DNA of 64,000 nucleotides from contig CBDFIJ010000004.1 in assembly GCA_965248055.1 (NCBI GenBank), forward strand, positions 1,984,001-2,048,000, given 5' to 3'. The translations under genes were made by a program, and so were the position numbers. Position 1 is the first letter of the stretch. Each line of letters begins with the position of its first letter. This document shows, in pieces, positions 58,468-64,000 of the stretch. This DNA is from Candidatus Multivoradales bacterium. GTDB lineage: Bacteria; Acidobacteriota; Thermoanaerobaculia; Multivoradales; JAHEKO01. The notes beneath the pieces were generated by a model. The model made no database searches and was not told the DNA's origin. It was given only the letters and a program-made list of their open reading frames with translations.

Positions 58468-59178
58468 GTGAAACAAAAGAAACCAAAGTCCCACCGAACG
58501 CGCCTCCATATTCTTGAGACGGCTCTAAGGCTGTTTCGAGAACGTGGCTTTGAGGGAGCGACGATGCGGGCAATCGCAGCCGAAGCGGATGTCTCGCTGG
58601 GAAACGCGTATTACTACTTTAAATCCAAAGATCACTTGATCCACGCTTACTATGGCCGTTCGCATGTCGAACATCTAGCAGCTTGTGGCGAACTACTAAA
58701 CACCGAGACGGATTTCGAGAAGAGGTTGCTCGGCGTTCTGCGGAGCAAGATAGAGATCTCCGAGCCCTACCATCGGTTTGCTGCCCAGCTGTTCAAGACT
58801 GCAGCCGACCCATCCAGCCCACTAAGTCCGTTCAGCTCGGAATCGATGCCGGTTCGGTTGGAGGTCACTGAGTTGATGGAGAGAGTAGTGGAGGGCTCGA
58901 AGATTAAGCTCCCTCCCAAACTTGCTGAGGAGCTACCAGGGATGTTGTGGCTATATCTCATGGGGATTATTTTGTTTTGGATTCACGACAGCTCGAAGGA
59001 CTGTCGACGCACCTATCGGCTGCTCGAACGAACCACCAGTATTGTAGTCCGCTTGATCAAGTTGTCATCGCTGAAGATTATGCAGCCTCTAGTGCGAGGA
59101 TCTCTCGATTTGGTCAGCGAATTGAGAGAATTATCAGATATGCAACCCGAACCTAGCTTGCGCGAAGCTTCGAAGTGA
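58468..59178 (+). CDS. TetR family transcriptional regulator
   Basis: ILETAL.LF.ERGF..TMRAIA..A.VS.GNAYYYF.SK HTH; DP.SPLSPFS; GTG start at 58468. Confidence 0.92.
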   Translation: MKQKKPKSHRTRLHILETALRLFRERGFEGATMRAIAAEADVSLGNAYYYFKSKDHLIHAYYGRSHVEHLAACGELLNTETDFEKRLLGVLRSKIEISEPYHRFAAQLFKTAADPSSPLSPFSSESMPVRLEVTELMERVVEGSKIKLPPKLAEELPGMLWLYLMGIILFWIHDSSKDCRRTYRLLERTTSIVVRLIKLSSLKIMQPLVRGSLDLVSELRELSDMQPEPSLREASK

Positions 59179-59229
59179 AAGTCGCGATATAGATTCCGAC
59201 GTGCGATACAACGAAAGTGGAACGGGTAG

Positions 59230-60918
59230 TCAACGTAAGTTCTTCTTGGCCCAAGAATCGCGCAGTGGCACAGTACGGTTGACCACCAACCGGTCTTCGG
59301 TGCTGTCTGGGTCAAGCGCAAAGTAGCCTTGGCGCTCGAACTGGAAAGTGGTGCCAACATCGCGGTCTTGAAGCGCCGGCTCGGCCCAGGCTGGATAGAT
59401 AACTTGGAGTGAGTCTGGGTTTAGAAACTCACGAAAGTCGGGACCGCTCTTGCCTTTATCCGGGTTGGGGGCCAAGAACAAGCGATCGTAGAGTCGGACT
59501 TCGATCGGTAGAGCATGGCGCGCGGACACCCAATGGATGGTGCCGCGGACCTTGCGACCGTCGGGGGCGTTGCCACCTCGCGTTTCCGGGTCGTAAGTAG
59601 CGCGAACTTCCACCACCTTGCCGTCGGCATCCTTGATGGCTTCGGTGCAGGTGATCAAGTAGGCAAAACGCAGTCGGACCTCGCGACCGGGAGCTAGGCG
59701 GAAGAATTTCTTGGGCGGATCTTCCATGAAGTCGGAAGCTTCGACCCATAGCTCGCGGGAGAAGGGCACCCTGCGTGAACTTTTGGCTCCGCTGTCTTGG
59801 GGAAAGGATGGGGCGTCGAAGGATTCTTCTTGGTCTTCTGGGTAGTTCTCGATCACCAACTTGATCGGATCCAAGACGCACAGTCGGCGCGGAGTACGGT
59901 GGTTGAGATCGTTACGCACCGCGTGCTCAAGTTGGGCGATGTCGACCACCGAGTTAGCTTTGGCGACGCCGATCGAGTCACAGAATGCGCGAATCGACTC
60001 TGGGGTGTAGCCTCGTCTGCGTAATCCAGCGAGGGTTGGCATGCGGGGATCATCCCAGCCAGACACCAGCCCTTCTTCTACCAGTTGCAGCAGTTTGCGC
60101 TTGGACATCAGGGTGTAGGTGAGGGCCAATCGTGCAAACTCGGTTTGCTCCGGCAGTGGACGATCGACCGTGGTGCTTGCCAACACCCAGTCATAGATTT
60201 CGCGGTTGTTCTCAAACTCCAAAGTGCATAGCGAGTGGGTGATGTGCTCGAAAGCATCCGACAAACAGTGGGTGAAGTCGTACATTGGATAGATCGGCCA
60301 GTCGTCGCCGGTGCGGTAGTGCGACTGGTGGCGAATCCGATACAGCAAGGGATCGCGCATTTTCATATTGGGATGCGCCATGTCGATCTTGGCCCGCAGC
60401 ACCTGAGCGCCATCGGCAAACTCACCGGCGCGCATCCGACGAAAAAGATCGAGATTCTCCTCCACTGAACGGTCGTGATCGGGGCTGTTGACGCCCGCTT
60501 CGGTCACCGTGCCGCGGTTGGCCCGAATTGCAGCCTCCGATTGACTGTCCACGTAAGCTAACCCGCTCTCGATCAACTCCTCAGCGCGTTGATAGAGCTG
60601 CTCGAAGTAGTCCGAGGCGTGGTAGATCGCATCCCATGCAAAACCCAGCCAGCGAACGTCGCGTTGGATCGCCTCGACATACTCGTGGTCTTCCGTTTCA
60701 GGGTTGGTGTCGTCAAACCGTAGGTTGCAGGTGCCTCCGTACTCCTGAGCCAATCCAAAGTTGAGGCAGATCGACTTGGCGTGACCAATGTGTAGATGGC
60801 CATTTGGCTCGGGGGGAAAGCGCGAAGCCACCCGGGTTCCGTACTTGCCGGACTCCTGATCGGCGTCGATCATTTGCTGGATGAAATGTCTGGGTGCGGC
60901 TGTCGTATCTTCGGTCAT
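59230..60918 (-). CDS. glnS: Glutamine--tRNA ligase
   Basis: RFPPEPNG.LHIGH, DDTNP, YPMYDF.H, CTLEF, MSKRKL, FQFERQGYF. Confidence 0.96.
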   Translation of the reverse strand: MTEDTTAAPRHFIQQMIDADQESGKYGTRVASRFPPEPNGHLHIGHAKSICLNFGLAQEYGGTCNLRFDDTNPETEDHEYVEAIQRDVRWLGFAWDAIYHASDYFEQLYQRAEELIESGLAYVDSQSEAAIRANRGTVTEAGVNSPDHDRSVEENLDLFRRMRAGEFADGAQVLRAKIDMAHPNMKMRDPLLYRIRHQSHYRTGDDWPIYPMYDFTHCLSDAFEHITHSLCTLEFENNREIYDWVLASTTVDRPLPEQTEFARLALTYTLMSKRKLLQLVEEGLVSGWDDPRMPTLAGLRRRGYTPESIRAFCDSIGVAKANSVVDIAQLEHAVRNDLNHRTPRRLCVLDPIKLVIENYPEDQEESFDAPSFPQDSGAKSSRRVPFSRELWVEASDFMEDPPKKFFRLAPGREVRLRFAYLITCTEAIKDADGKVVEVRATYDPETRGGNAPDGRKVRGTIHWVSARHALPIEVRLYDRLFLAPNPDKGKSGPDFREFLNPDSLQVIYPAWAEPALQDRDVGTTFQFERQGYFALDPDSTEDRLVVNRTVPLRDSWAKKNLR

Positions 60919-60980
60919 GAATCTCTCGGTCGTTGTGGAAATAGGGAGCCTATCCGATCCGGTCGCCTAGAATCCGTTGC

Positions 60981-61565
60981 ATGAGCACCCCACTTGGGAC
61001 GAAGCCAACGGCACCGTGGACCTTTGCTCCTTTAACGTCCGAGAACTGGTCCGATTTGGAGCAGCTGTTTGGCGAGCGAGGAGCATGTGGCGGTTGTTGG
61101 TGCATGTGGTGGCGGTTGACGCAAAAAGAGTTCGAGGCGGCAAAGGGCGAAGCAAACCGAAATGCGCTACAGAAACTCGTCAAAGGTAGGCGTAAGTTGG
61201 GGATTCTCGCCTATCGAGATCGGCAGCCGGTGGGTTGGTGTGCCGTGGAACCGCGCGAGGCCTATCCGCGGTTTGATCGATCGCGGATTCTGAAACCAGT
61301 CGACGATCAACGGGTGTGGTCAGTAACCTGCTTTTTTGTCCACCGCTCGGCGCGGCGTCAAGGTCTGTCAGTTGCGCTACTGGAAGAAGTTGCGGCCTAC
61401 GTCGCGCGGCATGGCGGATCGGTGGTCGAGGGCTATCCAGTCGACAAAATCGATTCACCCCCGGCGTTCGCTTGGACGGGTACCGCTGCCGCGTTTCGTA
61501 GTGTTGGTTTCAGGGAGGTGGCGAGGAGGTCGCCCACCCGACCGAATTATGCGCAGAAGGGTTAG
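60981..61565 (+). CDS. GNAT family N-acetyltransferase
   Basis: GACGGCWCMWWR, VGWC, WSVTCFFV...RRQG, EGYP, WTG. Confidence 0.88.
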   Translation: MSTPLGTKPTAPWTFAPLTSENWSDLEQLFGERGACGGCWCMWWRLTQKEFEAAKGEANRNALQKLVKGRRKLGILAYRDRQPVGWCAVEPREAYPRFDRSRILKPVDDQRVWSVTCFFVHRSARRQGLSVALLEEVAAYVARHGGSVVEGYPVDKIDSPPAFAWTGTAAAFRSVGFREVARRSPTRPNYAQKG

Positions 61566-61586
61566 AAAACCGACCACATGATCCAA

Positions 61587-61982
61587 TCAGGCGGGTCCCA
61601 TTAGGTCCCAGCGGTTGCCGGCGATATCGACGAACACAGCGATTTGTCCGTACTCTTCGGTACGCGGGGCAGTGACGAACTCGACCCCGGCTTCGACCAT
61701 CTTGCTGTAGCTTGCCTTGAAGTTGTCAACGCGGAGAAAGAATCCGACCCGGCCGGAGAACTGGTTGCCAACCACGGCTTTCTGCTGCTCACCGTCGGCT
61801 TGTGCCAGCAAGATCCCGGTTTGCGCGCTGGGCGGACGAACCACCACCCAGCGCTTGGGTCGGCCGTCATTGGTGAGAGAGGGAGAGTCCTCCACTAGCT
61901 CGAAATCCAGGACATCGACAAAGAACTGAATCGCCAAGTCGTAGTCGTTGACAACGATGGTGACCAGTTGAAGAAAGGACAT
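61587..61982 (-). CDS. VOC/glyoxalase family protein
   Basis: VV.DYD.AI.FF, KRWVVV.P, VGNQ..GRV.FFL, YG..AVF.D..GNRWDL. Confidence 0.88.
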   Translation of the reverse strand: MSFLQLVTIVVNDYDLAIQFFVDVLDFELVEDSPSLTNDGRPKRWVVVRPPSAQTGILLAQADGEQQKAVVGNQFSGRVGFFLRVDNFKASYSKMVEAGVEFVTAPRTEEYGQIAVFVDIAGNRWDLMGPA

Positions 61983-62027
61983 GAGATCAGTGCTCAATGG
62001 TGGTCGCGGGTCTAGAAAACGGGCTCA

Positions 62028-62918
62028 TTAGGTGGTGGCGATTAGATCAATCACCGCTTGAGCAAACTCCTGCGGTGAGTCTTCCTGTAGAAAATGACCT
62101 CCACGTAAGGTCTTGTGCGGTAGTCCTTCGCTTCCGGGGATTTGCTCGCGCAGCTTGATATCCAGACCGCGCATGATCGGATCTCCTTTACTGAAGGTGG
62201 TCAAGAACGGTTTGTTCCATCGGCCCAAGGCCTCCCAAGCTTTGAGATTAGCAGGGGCTGCCGGGTCGTTGGTCGAGATCGGAACCAGTTTTGGGAAGGC
62301 ACGGGCTCCAGCTTGGTACTTGCGCGACGGATAGGGCGCGTCATAAGCGCGCTGTTCGTCGTCGTTGAGGGTGCGTCCGGTGCCTAGGTTGACGATCCTT
62401 GAGGTCGGAAACACTGGGGTCCACAGAGCGAAGGCCTTCCAGATCTTGAACACCAGCGGAGGCTTTCCCTCGCCGGTGGGCAGAAAGCCATTGCCAATGA
62501 CGATGCGGGCAAAGCGATCTGAGTTTTCAGCCGCGACCCGCAGGCCAATCAAAGATCCCCAATCTTGCCCCACCAGGGTGATCTCTCGCAGTCCGAGCTT
62601 GTCGAGGAACGCAACCAGCCAGTCGCAGTGGCTCTGATAGCTGTAGTCGGTCAGGCGCATCGGCTTATCGGAGCGCCCGAAGCCGATCAAGTCTGGCGCT
62701 ACCACTCGCAAGCCAGCTTCGACGCAATGAGCGATCATGTGCCGGTAGAGGAAACACCAGGAGGGCTCTCCGTGCAGCATCAAGATCAGCGGAGCGTCGC
62801 GCGGCCCTTCATCAACGTAGTGCATACGGAGATTGTCTTCAACCTGCACATATTTGGCGGCAAACGGAAAGTCCGGAAGGTCGTTGAAGCGTTCGTCAGG
62901 GGTGCGCAAGATTTCCAT
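62028..62918 (-). CDS. Haloalkane dehalogenase (HLD-I type)
   Basis: LRTPDERF, HGEPSW..LYR, QDWG nucleophile elbow, ARAFP, GHFLQED. Confidence 0.9.
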   Translation of the reverse strand: MEILRTPDERFNDLPDFPFAAKYVQVEDNLRMHYVDEGPRDAPLILMLHGEPSWCFLYRHMIAHCVEAGLRVVAPDLIGFGRSDKPMRLTDYSYQSHCDWLVAFLDKLGLREITLVGQDWGSLIGLRVAAENSDRFARIVIGNGFLPTGEGKPPLVFKIWKAFALWTPVFPTSRIVNLGTGRTLNDDEQRAYDAPYPSRKYQAGARAFPKLVPISTNDPAAPANLKAWEALGRWNKPFLTTFSKGDPIMRGLDIKLREQIPGSEGLPHKTLRGGHFLQEDSPQEFAQAVIDLIATT

Positions 62919-62928
62919 AGTTGAACTC

Positions 62929-64000
62929 CTAGGTTGAGGGGCTGGTCGATTGGGGCGCAGCGGTCAGGTCAGGCTCGATTGGATTCATTAAGTTTGCGAT
63001 TTGAGTGGGCTGAATAGGAGGTCTCGGCACGGCGGGCTGCTGCCAACCACACAAACTACTGAGCGCCGGCATACAAACCCTGCCTTGGCAAAGACCCATA
63101 CCGCACCTCGACTGCAGTTTGTTTTCTCTTGGGCCCACCGAGGGGTCAATCTCGTGCCAAGTTACATCTTCACAACGGCATACCAAGGTGTCGTCTTGCA
63201 CTCGCTGGTGCAGCTCTTGGCGCGGCTCAAAAGCGGAGGCCATATTGCGGGCGAAGCGATGCAAATTGGATCGCTGTCGTAGCCAACTTCTCGAAAGGGT
63301 TCCACCGGCCACCGTGGCTCCGGCAATACGACCCTCGACCAAAGCCAGGTCAGCGCCCCCGACCCCGCTGCATTCTCCGACGGCATAGACGCCAGCGACC
63401 GAGGTCTGTTGAGTGGCGTCAACCTGCAGCTCACCGAACTCGTTAGCCTGACAATCCAGCACCAACCCAAGTTCGCTGGCCGGAACCAAACCGTAGGAGG
63501 TAGCCAACAGGTTGCACTGTATGGTTTGCTGGCGATGACCGTCGGTTAACTTCACTTGCAGTGCGGAGTCGTTTTGTTGCCCAGACTCGATCTGCGCTGA
63601 CTCGATCTGTGCTGACTCGACCCAGGTTCCCAACTGGTAGCGAGTAGCCAAGAATGCAGTCCGGTATCCAGCCGCTTCCCGTAGCTTCCCGGGATGACGC
63701 CACAGGTGACTGGCAAACAGGGCCACCGCAGAGCGAGGTGCTTGTTCGGCAACCGCGATGACTTCAGCACCAGCACGTTTTGCCAGCGCTGCGACTGGTA
63801 GCAGTAGCGGTCCAGAACCGGTGATCACAACCTTTTGACCGGCGACCCTGGCTCCAGACTTGATCATCGCTTGCAAACCGCCGACTCCGACCACATTGGG
63901 CAACGTCCAGCCGGGAAATGGGAGAAAAAACTCTCGCGCGCCGGTCGCCAAAATCAGCTGTTGAAATTCAACCCAGCTGGCTTGGCCGGCGGTTTCGATC
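62929..64000 (-). CDS. FAD/NAD(P)-dependent oxidoreductase with BFD-like Cys cluster (HcnB/opine-oxidase/D-hydroxyproline dehydrogenase subunit-like), 5' partial
   Basis: LATGARE..LPFPGWTLP.V, GSGPLL, GE..G.GG, VCRCEDV, RCGMG.CQGRVC; frame open to the window edge. Confidence 0.85.
   Translation of the reverse strand, partial: IETAGQASWVEFQQLILATGAREFFLPFPGWTLPNVVGVGGLQAMIKSGARVAGQKVVITGSGPLLLPVAALAKRAGAEVIAVAEQAPRSAVALFASHLWRHPGKLREAAGYRTAFLATRYQLGTWVESAQIESAQIESGQQNDSALQVKLTDGHRQQTIQCNLLATSYGLVPASELGLVLDCQANEFGELQVDATQQTSVAGVYAVGECSGVGGADLALVEGRIAGATVAGGTLSRSWLRQRSNLHRFARNMASAFEPRQELHQRVQDDTLVCRCEDVTWHEIDPSVGPRENKLQSRCGMGLCQGRVCMPALSSLCGWQQPAVPRPPIQPTQIANLMNPIEPDLTAAPQSTSPST
63584..63620 (-). 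repeat. In-frame 15-bp tandem repeat (ESAQI x2.5)
   Basis: GACTCGATCTGCGCT GACTCGATCTGTGCT GACTCGA. Confidence 0.85.

Noticed and set aside
1-64000. CRISPR array, rRNA, and the many short overlapping or antisense ORFs in the track
   Set aside because: No regularly spaced repeats or rRNA-like sequence seen; the short ORFs are shadows of well-supported genes

Overview
Bacterial chromosomal segment. The gene content (bshCBA, several sulfatase-like proteins ending LRALGY/LESLGY, glnS) suggests Acidobacteriota or a similar lineage, which is inference. 1-24 kb: a strand-scrambled Wzx/Wzy surface-glycan locus with WecA, O-antigen ligase, Wzy, Wzz, flippase, a UDP-6-deoxy-L-HexNAc pathway, a WbuB-like GT4, four PAPS sulfotransferases, a sulfatase-like protein and a Tat-exported beta-helix protein. 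It ends in a carbamoyltransferase/SxtJ/DUF5989 operon facing an SGNH protein. Next come an ECF sigma/anti-sigma/S74-chaperone unit, a bacillithiol operon, a membrane-protein run ending in yidD, and a deacetylase+GT4 cassette bracketed by an intact and a decayed yidD. The rest holds two more sulfatase-like genes, gap-pgk-tpiA-secG-tRNA-Leu-tsaD, pyk, proC, a TetR operon interrupted by an IS5-family element, glnS and a haloalkane dehalogenase. Best candidate for a new system: a trans-envelope carbamoyl relay, because the DUF5989 peptide ends in FIYTLF, resembling the tyrosine-carrier motif of DltX/AlgI-type acyl relays. All family calls come from motif recognition by eye; no database search was run.
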